From a virus (taxonomy: Duplodnaviria > Caudoviricetes): DNA of 63,602 bases. This document shows positions 1 to 8,750 of this stretch, piece after piece. Location: IMG/VR virus record IMGVR_UViG_3300046003_002370, positions 1-63,602 of that record. One strand, given 5' to 3'. The translations under genes and the position numbers were made by a program. Numbering within the stretch: the stretch's first letter is position 1; each line of letters starts with the position of its first letter. The notes beneath the pieces are model-generated. The model ran no database searches. It saw only the letters and a list, made by a program, of their open reading frames with translations, and had not been told where the DNA came from.

Positions 1-126
1 TTAAATATATAATTTCAGAAGCTCTACAATCAGCATTAGTAAAAGTTGATTTAGAACAATGGTTTAAACAATTTAAAAAGAAATAAAAAATAGAAATTAA
101 AAAAATATGAAAACAGCAGTAGAATT
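1..126. repeat. Terminal direct repeat (circular assembly overlap), copy 1
   Basis: 1-126 is identical to 63474-63599. Confidence 0.95.
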
Positions 127-301
127 CATTATCGAAGAAGTTGAATGTCGAAGATTTACGACAAAAGAACTTAGAGCTTCGTTTGAAGAAGCTAGGGAAA
201 TGGCTAAAGAAGATATGATTAGTTTTTTAAAATCAGTCTTTCAACAAGATGGTTTTGACTATGAAAAAGCGTACCAAGATTGGCAAGCGAAAAAGATATA
301 G
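107..301 (+). CDS. Small hypothetical phage protein (MKTAVE-type N-terminus)
   Basis: 64-aa ORF in a tightly packed run of small + strand genes. Confidence 0.7.
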   Translation: MKTAVEFIIEEVECRRFTTKELRASFEEAREMAKEDMISFLKSVFQQDGFDYEKAYQDWQAKKI

Positions 302-331
302 TAATTATAATAACAATTTAAAAATAAAATT

Positions 332-532
332 ATGGGTTGGTCAAAAGTAAGTTTAGATTATAAAAAACCATTACGGTGGTGGTTGCATAAAATTTTATGT
401 GAATATGGGTGGTTATTGAGAAATAAAGACAATTCAGCTACTTATCATCATCATTTAAAAATGTGCTTTGAACTTGGGTTTAATCTTCGTGGAGAAAAAG
501 TTAAAGAAAATAATAGTAAAATTGATAATTAA
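332..532 (+). CDS. Hypothetical protein
   Basis: 66-aa ORF with AT-rich leader. Confidence 0.6.
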   Translation: MGWSKVSLDYKKPLRWWLHKILCEYGWLLRNKDNSATYHHHLKMCFELGFNLRGEKVKENNSKIDN

Positions 533-535
533 ATT

Positions 536-775
536 ATGAAAGAAACACTTGAAGAAGTTGCTCATAAAGCATTAATTGATTATGGTATTAAGTACAAAGG
601 TGAAAAAGTTAACATTTCAGAAGTTGAAAAACTTATGGTAAGTATGGCTAAATGGCAACAAGAAAGAAGTTATAGTGAGGAAGAAATATTAGATTTATTA
701 CAAAGTTTTGCTAATGAAGATTTTAGTAATGTAATAAACATTAAAAAATGGTTTGAACAATTTAAAAAGAAATAA
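536..775 (+). CDS. Modular small protein (ETLEE...KWQQERSYSE...WFEQFKKK), paralog of 63281..63559
   Basis: Shares three sequence blocks with 63281..63559. Confidence 0.75.
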   Translation: MKETLEEVAHKALIDYGIKYKGEKVNISEVEKLMVSMAKWQQERSYSEEEILDLLQSFANEDFSNVINIKKWFEQFKKK

Positions 776-778
776 GAT

Positions 779-994
779 ATGAAAGAATTAGAAATATATA
801 CAAGAAAAGCAGTTTTTTGCTCTTTAAAAGAGTATGATTATATTGCAAAAGAGCATAGTTATGTTGAAATAACTGAATGGCGTAACGGAGAAGGTTTTGT
901 AATTGATGCTTACAATTATACTGATAGAACTATTTCTTTAACTTATGGTGAATTTGATTTAATTAAAAAACTTGTTAAACAACTACAAAAATAG
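779..994 (+). CDS. Hypothetical protein
   Basis: 71-aa ORF with operon-like spacing. Confidence 0.7.
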   Translation: MKELEIYTRKAVFCSLKEYDYIAKEHSYVEITEWRNGEGFVIDAYNYTDRTISLTYGEFDLIKKLVKQLQK

Positions 995-999
995 ATGGT

Positions 1000-1224
1000 A
1001 TGCCAGATATAACAATGTGCAGTGGTAAAAACTGCGAGATGAGAGAAATATGCTACAGATATACCGCTGAACCAAGTGAATTTAGCCAATCATATTTTTT
1101 AGATACCCCTAATGATGGGTTAGAATGTGAATATTTTTGGGATACTGGATGTAAATATTGTGGTTTAGCTAATGGTAATCACAAAATGAGTTGTCCAACA
1201 ATGAAAATACAGGTGTATTTATGA
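1000..1224 (+). CDS. Cys-rich small protein, possibly Zn-binding
   Basis: MPDITMC...C...C and CxxC...H..C motifs. Confidence 0.65.
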   Translation: MPDITMCSGKNCEMREICYRYTAEPSEFSQSYFLDTPNDGLECEYFWDTGCKYCGLANGNHKMSCPTMKIQVYL

Positions 1225-1320
1225 GTAGGATAAAAGACTTAGTAATGGATATGAATGAAAGAAATTCCGAAGGAAAAATAATTTATGAAACACTTGGCGA
1301 AACTTATGAAGTAGATATAT

Positions 1321-1364
1321 GTGACACTAGCCAATTAATATAAAAAATAGCAGGCTAATGTCAT
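1321..1364. promoter_or_regulatory. Operator-like inverted repeat, copy 1 (overlaps ATG of HTH gene)
   Basis: gtgacactagcc-N20-ggctaatgtcat; related copies at 54778 and 56680. Confidence 0.65.
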
Positions 1365-1978
1365 ACATTCGGAATATAGAATTTTTAAACAGAAGAAGAG
1401 TGATATATAAACGCGGTCCTATTAATGATAAACCAACACAGGAGTTTGAATGGGGGAGTTTCTACGAGACTGGAACTACTGAATGTTATGAACTATTCAG
1501 AAGCAAAGCTAAAATTCCCACATACAAATCCTTAAAGTGGCATCTATATGTTTTATGGTATCTTAACCCTTCATTAGATCAAAATGAATTTGAAAATATT
1601 GTAAGACATTTGTGTGATAAGTCAAATGGATTTATTACCTTTAACGTAAGCGAGCAGTTGCTACAAAGTATGATGTATGATGTATCTTTACAAGATCTAG
1701 AATCTCCTCCTCATAATAAGATTAGAAAGATTATCTTTAAGGATAATTGTAAACTAACATTAAGCGAGAAGTTATCTATAGTTGGCAAGATGATTGGTAA
1801 GACTAAGAAAGTTAACGAGTCTGACATTTACGATGCGATGCTATACACGAACGATCTTGGTAAAAAGATTACAATCAAAAGCTTAGCAGAGCACTTTGGT
1901 TGCACGATTAGAACGATACATCGTAATACGAGTAACGAATTAAAAAAAGAAAAAGAATTATTAAATCAAAATTTATGA
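1358..1978 (+). CDS. DNA-binding protein with C-terminal HTH (regulator or replication initiator)
   Basis: C-terminal ITIKSLAEHFGCTIRTIHRN helix-turn-helix. Confidence 0.7.
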   Translation: MSYIRNIEFLNRRRVIYKRGPINDKPTQEFEWGSFYETGTTECYELFRSKAKIPTYKSLKWHLYVLWYLNPSLDQNEFENIVRHLCDKSNGFITFNVSEQLLQSMMYDVSLQDLESPPHNKIRKIIFKDNCKLTLSEKLSIVGKMIGKTKKVNESDIYDAMLYTNDLGKKITIKSLAEHFGCTIRTIHRNTSNELKKEKELLNQNL

Positions 1979-2151
1979 ATGTATTTGATGTTGAGGCAAT
2001 AGAAAAGCAAATAAAAATCAATCAGCAAATAGCAGATGAATTCGCTATTGGATTTGCAGAGTGGTGTTCCACTAAGACTATAATAGGGGCAGACACTCCT
2101 AAATTATATAAAGAACAATTAAAAATCTATAAAAAAGAAAAAGGATTATGA
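1975..2151 (+). CDS. Small hypothetical protein (58 aa, below ORF-track cutoff)
   Basis: MNVFDVEAIEKQ...ADEFAIGFAEW...KKEKGL; ATGA overlaps on both sides. Confidence 0.55.
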   Translation: MNVFDVEAIEKQIKINQQIADEFAIGFAEWCSTKTIIGADTPKLYKEQLKIYKKEKGL

Positions 2152-2287
2152 AAGACTTAATAAAAAAATGGTGGAACAGAGAATGGAGCAACTGGGAGTT
2201 TGACTATAAAAGTGAATGGAACTTTTATATTGTTCTAAAAAGAACCTCTAACGACGGATTAATCCAATTTAAAAAAATATTCAAATA

Positions 2288-3052
2288 ATGAAGAGTTACA
2301 ATATACAAAATTACATAAGGTACAAAGAAGATATTAAAGAATCAAATAAAGATAGCCTTGGTAATGACTTTGGATCCTATTCACGTGATAAACTAATTGT
2401 TAAGTTTTTACCGTTAGTAGAAAATATTGCAAAGAAGTTTTCAACCACTCAACAAGCGTCTGGTGTATTAGATATTATGGATCTTACGCAGCATGGATCT
2501 GTTGGATTAATACAAGCAATTGATAAAATTGAGTGGGATAAAATAAACAATTCTGACGATGCTGAAAAGACAATCAAATCATTTATATCCAAGCGCGTTA
2601 AAGGATCAATTAGAAGAGCTATAGACATCAATCGCGGCAGCATAAAGATTCCAGAACATAAGCTAAATGAAATTAGAAAAGATAACGGTGAAGACCATCT
2701 AATGGTAGCAATGTTTTTCAATTCAATATTCCTAAGCATCGACGAACAACTTGAAGATGAGGATAATGATAATATGCTTTATCAAATACCAGATAACTCT
2801 GAACCTTATAATTTAACTTTGTTAAATTTATATTTAACTAGTTTACTGAAAAAACATTTGAATGATAAAGAGTTTGAAGTATTGCGGTTAAGTTATGGAT
2901 TAGACTGTGATAAACACTCAGCTAACCAAATTGCAGAGCTATTAAATATAGAGGGAGCTAGTGCTTATGTAAGAGTTTCAGAGATAAAAAAACAAGCAAT
3001 TCAAAAACTAATTGACAACGTTGACCCTTCTCAAGTCCTTGATTACCTATAG
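2288..3052 (+). CDS. Phage RNA polymerase sigma-70 family factor
   Basis: Region 2 (LPLVENIAKKF...DLTQHGSVGLIQAIDK...SIRRAI, IKIPEHK) and region 4 (LNDKEFEVLRLSYGL...RVSEIKKQAIQKL). Confidence 0.9.
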   Translation: MKSYNIQNYIRYKEDIKESNKDSLGNDFGSYSRDKLIVKFLPLVENIAKKFSTTQQASGVLDIMDLTQHGSVGLIQAIDKIEWDKINNSDDAEKTIKSFISKRVKGSIRRAIDINRGSIKIPEHKLNEIRKDNGEDHLMVAMFFNSIFLSIDEQLEDEDNDNMLYQIPDNSEPYNLTLLNLYLTSLLKKHLNDKEFEVLRLSYGLDCDKHSANQIAELLNIEGASAYVRVSEIKKQAIQKLIDNVDPSQVLDYL

Positions 3053-3059
3053 TTTAAAC

Positions 3060-3087
3060 GTAAATGGACTACAAAATACGTAATTAT
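3060..3087 (+). promoter_or_regulatory. Class II phage promoter candidate (GTAAA-N15-GTAATTAT)
   Basis: Same two boxes and spacing recur upstream of several operons. Confidence 0.6.
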
Positions 3088-3121
3088 AATAATATAAAAC
3101 TTAAACAATTAAATCAAATAT

Positions 3122-3676
3122 ATGGAAGAAAAGCAAATGACGCTAAACGAAAAGTTAGCAATTATTCAAACAGAATTCAAATCTAAAAAGTCTAGATACA
3201 ATTCATTTGGCAAGTACAATTTTAGATCGGCAGAAGACATTTTAGAAGCGGTTAAACCTTTTTTACTAAGGCTTAATGTAACGGTTAATATAACAGAAAC
3301 ATTAATTACTAATAGCAATCATGGATTTCCAATTATAGAATCTATTGCTACAATATCAGACAACCTTGATCACATAAGCGCAACAGCAATTGTTGGTGTA
3401 GACTTAGATCAAAAAGGTATGCAAATGCCGCAGAAGTTTGGTTCAGCATCTAGTTATGGCAAAAAGTATGCTCTTGGTAATCTATTCTTAATCGACGATA
3501 CTCAAGATGCGGATCATGGCAAAGCAGAACCAGCACCTAAAACTAAAATCAAATTAGGTACTGACACTTACAAGAAAGCAGAATCGTATGTTAAGGATCA
3601 ATCAACGTTAGATGTAATACTAACTAAGTATGATGTAGACGCAGACGCTATTGAGGCTCTTAAAAAATTAATATAA
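3122..3676 (+). CDS. ERF-family single-strand annealing protein
   Basis: FGKYNFRSAEDILEAVKP and QKFGSASSYGKKYALGNLFLIDD motifs. Confidence 0.85.
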   Translation: MEEKQMTLNEKLAIIQTEFKSKKSRYNSFGKYNFRSAEDILEAVKPFLLRLNVTVNITETLITNSNHGFPIIESIATISDNLDHISATAIVGVDLDQKGMQMPQKFGSASSYGKKYALGNLFLIDDTQDADHGKAEPAPKTKIKLGTDTYKKAESYVKDQSTLDVILTKYDVDADAIEALKKLI

Positions 3677-3680
3677 CTAT

Positions 3681-3740
3681 ATGACTAAAGAGGAAATCTT
3701 AGAAAAATTAAAAGACGATCAGCATTATTATGGGGAATGA
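3681..3740 (+). pseudogene. Orphaned 19-codon 5' stub of the exonuclease gene
   Basis: MTKEEILEKLKDDQHYYGE* mirrors YLELLKNDEHYYG of 4156..4899. Confidence 0.75.
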
Positions 3741-3749
3741 GTATCTTCC

Positions 3750-3777
3750 GTAAACATTTTTGTAAACGCGTAATTAT
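3750..3777 (+). promoter_or_regulatory. Class II promoter candidate carried by the endonuclease cassette
   Basis: gtaaa-N15-gtaattat. Confidence 0.6.
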
Positions 3778-3812
3778 ATAAGTAGACAAGTAATACAAAT
3801 ACACTTATAATT

Positions 3813-4172
3813 ATGAAAACAGAAGAACAAAAATTAAAATGGAATGCTTATATGCGTGAATATAATAAAAAACTATATGATCCAGACAAAGAAAGTGAAA
3901 GGCAAAGAAAAAAATATTTGCTCGATTTAGATGGGTACTTTTACGTTTACTACTTACCGGAGGAACATTATGTAGGCATGACAAATTGTGTACATAAAAG
4001 AATTAAACATCACGATTCTTCCGGAAAAATAGTAAATGATTATGAAATATTAGCTAGATTTAAAAGGCAGGTTGATGCTCATTTATTTGAAACTAAGTTT
4101 CACGCTTTAGATTATAACGGGTTTTTTGTAGGAAATTATAATAAAATTAAAATGAATGAACGAGGAAGATAA
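3813..4172 (+). CDS. Minimal GIY-YIG-like endonuclease, putative homing endonuclease
   Basis: YVYY...HYVGMT...RIKHH...E pattern; sits inside the 5' end of the exonuclease locus. Confidence 0.65.
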   Translation: MKTEEQKLKWNAYMREYNKKLYDPDKESERQRKKYLLDLDGYFYVYYLPEEHYVGMTNCVHKRIKHHDSSGKIVNDYEILARFKRQVDAHLFETKFHALDYNGFFVGNYNKIKMNERGR

Positions 4173-4899
4173 ACAAAAATATTTAGAGTTATTAAAAAAC
4201 GACGAGCATTATTATGGGGTTATAGGTCAGCAATTCTTAAGCAATTCAAACATATCTACGCTACTAAGTAATCCGTTATTGTTAAGAGCAAAGCAAGAAC
4301 CTAATGTTAACTTTGCTATTGGTGGTTACTTTCACACGTTAGTATTAGAGCCAGATAAATTAGAAAAGTATAAGATTATAGATGCTACAACACGTAACAC
4401 AAATAAGTACAAAGAGTTATCTAATGGTGAGATTTGTTTATTGCAGCATGAGGTAGACAAGATAGAATTAATGCGGGACAAAATGATGTCTAACAAAATA
4501 TGCGCTGGACTAATACAAGGTTTCAATGTAGACTATGAAGTTCCTGGTATTACAGAGATTAACACTGTAATGTGGAAAGGTAAAGCGGATATATTAAACC
4601 ATGATGAAGGACTGATTATAGATTTAAAAACAACGTCAGACATATCATCATTCCCATATTCAGCTAAGAAGTATAACTATGATAGTCAGGCTTACATATA
4701 TAAAAAGTTATTCGGATATGACTTAATATTTATGGCTATAGACAAACAAACAAATCAAATTGGTATCTTTGATTGTTCAGAAAACTTTTTAAGAAACGGA
4801 GAAGACAAAGTGTTAAGAGCTATTGATGCTTACACATTATTTTACAAAACCGAGGACTTTGACCCTCAACAACATTTATTAACTAAAACTTTAAATTAA
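4156..4899 (+). CDS. PD-(D/E)xK exonuclease (RecE/exonuclease VIII-like)
   Basis: LSNSNI, G..FH..VLEP, WKGKADI...IIDLKTT, YDSQAYIY motifs; adjacent to ERF. Confidence 0.85.
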   Translation: MNEEDKQKYLELLKNDEHYYGVIGQQFLSNSNISTLLSNPLLLRAKQEPNVNFAIGGYFHTLVLEPDKLEKYKIIDATTRNTNKYKELSNGEICLLQHEVDKIELMRDKMMSNKICAGLIQGFNVDYEVPGITEINTVMWKGKADILNHDEGLIIDLKTTSDISSFPYSAKKYNYDSQAYIYKKLFGYDLIFMAIDKQTNQIGIFDCSENFLRNGEDKVLRAIDAYTLFYKTEDFDPQQHLLTKTLN

Positions 4900-5087
4900 A
4901 TTAAATTATGGCAAGAAAAACAATTGCAACAGTAAACATGAAAGTATGCGATGTAACAGGATTAACAAGACCTGAAACAGATTTCTATTCAAGACAATCG
5001 CATCTAAAATCAGTAGACAGATTAAGAGCAGCGTCAGGCGCTACTAAAGAACAGATCCAAAGATTCTATCAACAGTTGATCGCTTAG

Positions 5088-5130
5088 TTACAGACACAAC
5101 ACGATGCATTATTGATAATAATAATGTAAC
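5088..5130 (+). promoter_or_regulatory. Class I promoter-like element upstream of SSB
   Basis: ttacagac-acaac-acga-N8-tgataat-aataa-tgtaac. Confidence 0.75.
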
Positions 5131-5170
5131 ACACAAACAATTAACCTTATAAATAAATTAAACGAGAATT

Positions 5171-5494
5171 ATGGCAAGTATTATTAAAGCAAGTATCAAC
5201 TTAAATGAAATTCCAAAGCACAAAATTATTGATGGCAAGAAAGGTAAGTACCTTCCAATTACAATTACTATCAATGACGAAGTAGATCAGTTTGGAAACC
5301 AAGGACCAGTGATGGTTGAACAATCAAAAGAAGAGCGTGAATCAAAAGCCGCTAAAGTCTACTTAGGAAATGTTAAAGTCGTATGGACAAACGGCACAAA
5401 TGTGGATGCAGCTCCACGACAAGATGCAGGACAATCGCCAGGCACAAACTATTCTAAGCCTGCGGCGGCGGTTGTTGATGATTTACCGTTTTAA
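5171..5494 (+). CDS. Single-stranded DNA-binding protein (Bacteroidota phage type)
   Basis: Acidic DDLPF C-terminus; KGKYL and YLGN motifs; replication-module context. Confidence 0.75.
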   Translation: MASIIKASINLNEIPKHKIIDGKKGKYLPITITINDEVDQFGNQGPVMVEQSKEERESKAAKVYLGNVKVVWTNGTNVDAAPRQDAGQSPGTNYSKPAAAVVDDLPF

Positions 5495-5504
5495 TATATA
5501 ACAC

Positions 5505-5795
5505 AGAATGAAGTCTAGACAGCGAAAGCAGGATTTAGTTTGGACAGTGTTATAATTTACCAATGCTTGCTGTTAGGCTCGACATCTTTTAAAAAGGGTT
5601 TATATTAAGGTCGGCAAACCAGAAACCCTGCTCTTGTAAAAGCTCCGTAACTGATAACTCGGTAAGCTACAAGAAAGACCAAGGTTGGTATAAAGTGGCG
5701 TTAGGCGACACCACTGCAGTGGTTACAAATAAGAATCGCCTTTTATATAGTGTGGTTGCAAACTTTCGAGTCCAACTGCCCTATAACACACTGTA
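5505..5795 (+). ncRNA. Candidate structured non-coding RNA
   Basis: ORF-free ~370-nt gap, higher GC than the flanks, at least five stems, a TTCG-capped hairpin and a long-range gtgttata/tataacac pairing. Confidence 0.55.
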
Positions 5796-5830
5796 GTTAG
5801 TTAGACCCCATTTATTGGGGTTTTTCTAAC
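5796..5830 (+). terminator. Rho-independent terminator
   Basis: gacccca-tttat-tggggtt followed by T-run. Confidence 0.7.
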
Positions 5831-5864
5831 CACAATTAGTAACAATAAAAAATAAAAATAACCT

Positions 5865-7583
5865 ATGCAAATAGAGACAACCGAAATAAATGGTTTTTTA
5901 ATAGACACATTCAATCAATATGGTTTAGAAGAAGGTAAAGCTCAAGGTATTTGTCCATTATGTTCTCCTGATAGAAAACCTAAAAATGAAAAAGCAAAGT
6001 GCGCTTCATACGATTGGACACGTGGAATAGGAACATGCCACAACTGTAGCAAGCCTTTCCAATTACATACTTATAAAAGAAAAGGAGCAAGCGAAAAAGT
6101 ATACGTCAGACCTGAAGTTGCTATACACAATCCGCTTAGCGAAAAAGTTATTGAATGGTTTAAGGGTCGTGGTATATCTGAGCAAACATTAACTGATCTT
6201 AAAGTTACAGAAGGTTCAGAATACATGCCTCAAACGAGTAAGAATGAGAATGTAATCAAATTTAACTATTACATTGGTGATCAATTAATTAACATAAAAA
6301 GCAGAGATGGACGTAAAAACTTCAAACTACATAAAGGCGCTGAAAAAGTATTTTATAATATTAATAGCGTTGTTGGTTTTGAATACTGCATTATTGTTGA
6401 GGGTGAGATGGATGCGTTGGCATTACATGAGGCTGGCGTAACAAATGTTATATCTGTGCCAAATGGCGCAACATTGAATAGTAACAATTTAGAATATCTA
6501 GATAGTTGTATTGATTACTTTGATGATAAAGCAAAAATCATTATTGCTGTAGATTCTGATCCAGCAGGACAAGCATTACAATCTGAATTAGTTAGAAGAC
6601 TAGGATCAGAAACTTGTTATATTGCAACTTTTGATGATTGTAAAGACGCAAATGAATACTTAATTAAATATGGAAAAGAAGCTTTATCGCAAAGAATTTC
6701 AAGAGCCAAACCTGTACCGTTGGAGAACGTTACTACGTTTCGCGATATTGAAGACGAAGTTACAGATTTTGTTAGAAACGGGTTCAAACCAGGTTTCCAG
6801 GTTGGGCTTAATAATTTTGACAGTATTTTTTCTACGTACACTGGTCAGTTCATTACTGTTACCGGTATTCCTAGTTCTGGTAAGTCTGATTTTGTTGATC
6901 AGATGGTTATTGGATACAATGCTAATTACGGTTGGAAGACTGCTTATGCGTCGCCTGAGAATAGTCCTACGTATTTACATGCCCACAAGTTAATGCGTAA
7001 AACATGGCAAGGCATGCCAGGTGTAGAAGACATCAAAACTGATAAGTGGAATCAAGTAGCGGATCATGTTAATGATAATTATTTCTTTATTGACATGGAA
7101 CGTTACACATTAGATTCTGTACTGCGTAAAGGGGCTGAGCTAGTTAAACGTAAAGGTATTAAATGTCTTGTTATAGATCCATTTAACAAGGTTAGAGACA
7201 TGAATGCTGAATCAGCTGACGTTAATGCTTATACATTGGAATACTTGACTAAGATTGAAATCTTTGCTAAGAAGTACGATGTACTGGTAATGATTGTTGC
7301 ACACCCAACTAAAATGTATAAAGATAGTAGTGGTAAAATAGAAGAGCCAACTATGTATAACATTAAAGGTGGTGGCGAATGGTATGATGCTTCTTATCAT
7401 GGTCTATTAGTTCATAGAAACTATGAAGACAAAACTGTTAAAGTGAAAGTACTTAAATGTAAGTTCCAAAACTTAGGAGAGAATGGCGCAGAATGTCATT
7501 TCAAGTGGGATCCAGCTTCTGGTGGATTTATACCTCATGAAGTTGTTAATGCAGGTAATGATAAGATGCCATGGGAAAATTAA
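5865..7583 (+). CDS. Bifunctional primase-helicase (T7 gp4/Twinkle-like)
   Basis: CPLC...CHNC Zn finger, TOPRIM (IVEGEMD, AVDSD, KDANE), Walker A GIPSSGKS, LVIDP, VAHP. Confidence 0.95.
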   Translation: MQIETTEINGFLIDTFNQYGLEEGKAQGICPLCSPDRKPKNEKAKCASYDWTRGIGTCHNCSKPFQLHTYKRKGASEKVYVRPEVAIHNPLSEKVIEWFKGRGISEQTLTDLKVTEGSEYMPQTSKNENVIKFNYYIGDQLINIKSRDGRKNFKLHKGAEKVFYNINSVVGFEYCIIVEGEMDALALHEAGVTNVISVPNGATLNSNNLEYLDSCIDYFDDKAKIIIAVDSDPAGQALQSELVRRLGSETCYIATFDDCKDANEYLIKYGKEALSQRISRAKPVPLENVTTFRDIEDEVTDFVRNGFKPGFQVGLNNFDSIFSTYTGQFITVTGIPSSGKSDFVDQMVIGYNANYGWKTAYASPENSPTYLHAHKLMRKTWQGMPGVEDIKTDKWNQVADHVNDNYFFIDMERYTLDSVLRKGAELVKRKGIKCLVIDPFNKVRDMNAESADVNAYTLEYLTKIEIFAKKYDVLVMIVAHPTKMYKDSSGKIEEPTMYNIKGGGEWYDASYHGLLVHRNYEDKTVKVKVLKCKFQNLGENGAECHFKWDPASGGFIPHEVVNAGNDKMPWEN

Positions 7584-7658
7584 GGCATATAATAAAATTA
7601 TTTTAAATTATAAATAGTTGATAATTAAGTATTAATGAAATAAAAGCTTACAGGCTTA

Positions 7659-7686
7659 GTAAGTTACAGTGTAAACGCGTAATAAT
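7659..7686 (+). promoter_or_regulatory. Class II promoter candidate
   Basis: gtaag-N15-gtaataat. Confidence 0.6.
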
Positions 7687-7700
7687 ATAAATATAACCAA

Positions 7701-8132
7701 ATGGAAATAGATATGAATATAACGAGTTGGTCTAATAAAGACTTAGAAGCATTATGCGTGCCTGAAAATCATAAGATTACTTTTGATGGCTTTGAATACT
7801 GGTGGTTGCATAAAATACATGGTAACAAATGGGAATTGCATTATGTTGAAGGATTTAATGATTGGAAAAAGCCTTATAGTTGGCTTAAAGAATGGCTATA
7901 TAAATGGAGTAAAGAATTAAGCACTAGAAAAATAGAATCTTCATCAATGTATCTTAATAAAATGAAAGAATCTTTAGAGTCTACAAAACAAGTTATTGAA
8001 ATAAGTAACAATAAAAGATTAAAAACTAAAGATAAAATTAAAATGATACAAGAATTATTACCAGAAGAATCAATAACATTTATAGCAAATGTATTAAATA
8101 TAAGCAGGCAAGCAATACATAGACATTTATAA
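7701..8132 (+). CDS. Hypothetical protein with C-terminal HTH
   Basis: SITFIANVLNISRQAIHRHL. Confidence 0.65.
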   Translation: MEIDMNITSWSNKDLEALCVPENHKITFDGFEYWWLHKIHGNKWELHYVEGFNDWKKPYSWLKEWLYKWSKELSTRKIESSSMYLNKMKESLESTKQVIEISNNKRLKTKDKIKMIQELLPEESITFIANVLNISRQAIHRHL

Positions 8133-8134
8133 TT

Positions 8135-8401
8135 ATGAAGACATCAGCAAAAATTTTACAACAAACAAAAGACTATCAAGAAAAAAGAGCAAACGATTAT
8201 CCAGGATATTCTGTTTATTATATTCCAGAAGAACATTATATCGGAATGAGTAGAAACGTATATTCAAGAATGATTAAACATAAACATCTTGGTAAAATAG
8301 TTGATGGTTGGGAAGTAATAGAATCATTTGATAACCCTATAAGAGCACATTTAATGGAAACACAGTTTCATTTAATGGGTTATAACGGATATAGGCCGTA
8401 A
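8135..8401 (+). CDS. Minimal GIY-YIG-like endonuclease, paralog of 3813..4172
   Basis: VYYIPEEHYIGMS...GKIV...AHLMETQFH..GYNG aligns with 3813..4172. Confidence 0.65.
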   Translation: MKTSAKILQQTKDYQEKRANDYPGYSVYYIPEEHYIGMSRNVYSRMIKHKHLGKIVDGWEVIESFDNPIRAHLMETQFHLMGYNGYRP

Positions 8402-8749
8402 ATGGGTAGTGGTTCAAAAAAGAAAGGCGAAATCACAATGGGTAATTACGCGCCTAAAGATAAAGAAAGAGAAGCTATGTATTGGTGTATACATAACAAT
8501 ATTTTTATATCTGCCCATGCTAAATCAACTACAGAATGGTATGTTACAATATGTATAAATGGTAATGCAAACAAAAGTCCAGAGGCCTATGAAAAAGTAA
8601 GTATATGGAAACAAATATATAAATATTACCTATACTATTATAACAAATATAATAACATACCTACAATAGTTGAAAAAGTAATAATAAAAACAGAACCTAT
8701 AAAACGGCAGCAAAAGCCAATTAGCGCCGATAATTTAAAACTATTTTAA
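8402..8749 (+). CDS. Hypothetical protein
   Basis: 115-aa ORF within the operon. Confidence 0.7.
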   Translation: MGSGSKKKGEITMGNYAPKDKEREAMYWCIHNNIFISAHAKSTTEWYVTICINGNANKSPEAYEKVSIWKQIYKYYLYYYNKYNNIPTIVEKVIIKTEPIKRQQKPISADNLKLF

Positions 8750-8750
8750 T

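Noticed and set aside
1-126. Biological terminal repeat of the virion DNA
   Set aside because: The length is typical of an assembler k-mer overlap and it falls mid-gene in an operon; physical ends are more plausibly near 54.8-55.2 kb.
3741-4204. Self-splicing intron in the exonuclease gene
   Set aside because: There is no room for an intron core outside the ORF, and the duplicated N-terminus with its own promoter explains expression without splicing.
5505-5795. Cobalamin riboswitch, RNase P RNA, tmRNA or group I intron
   Set aside because: Only fragments resemble their motifs (ccactg, gaagtc, aagaatcgcctt). The order and key conserved boxes are missing, and no gene is interrupted.
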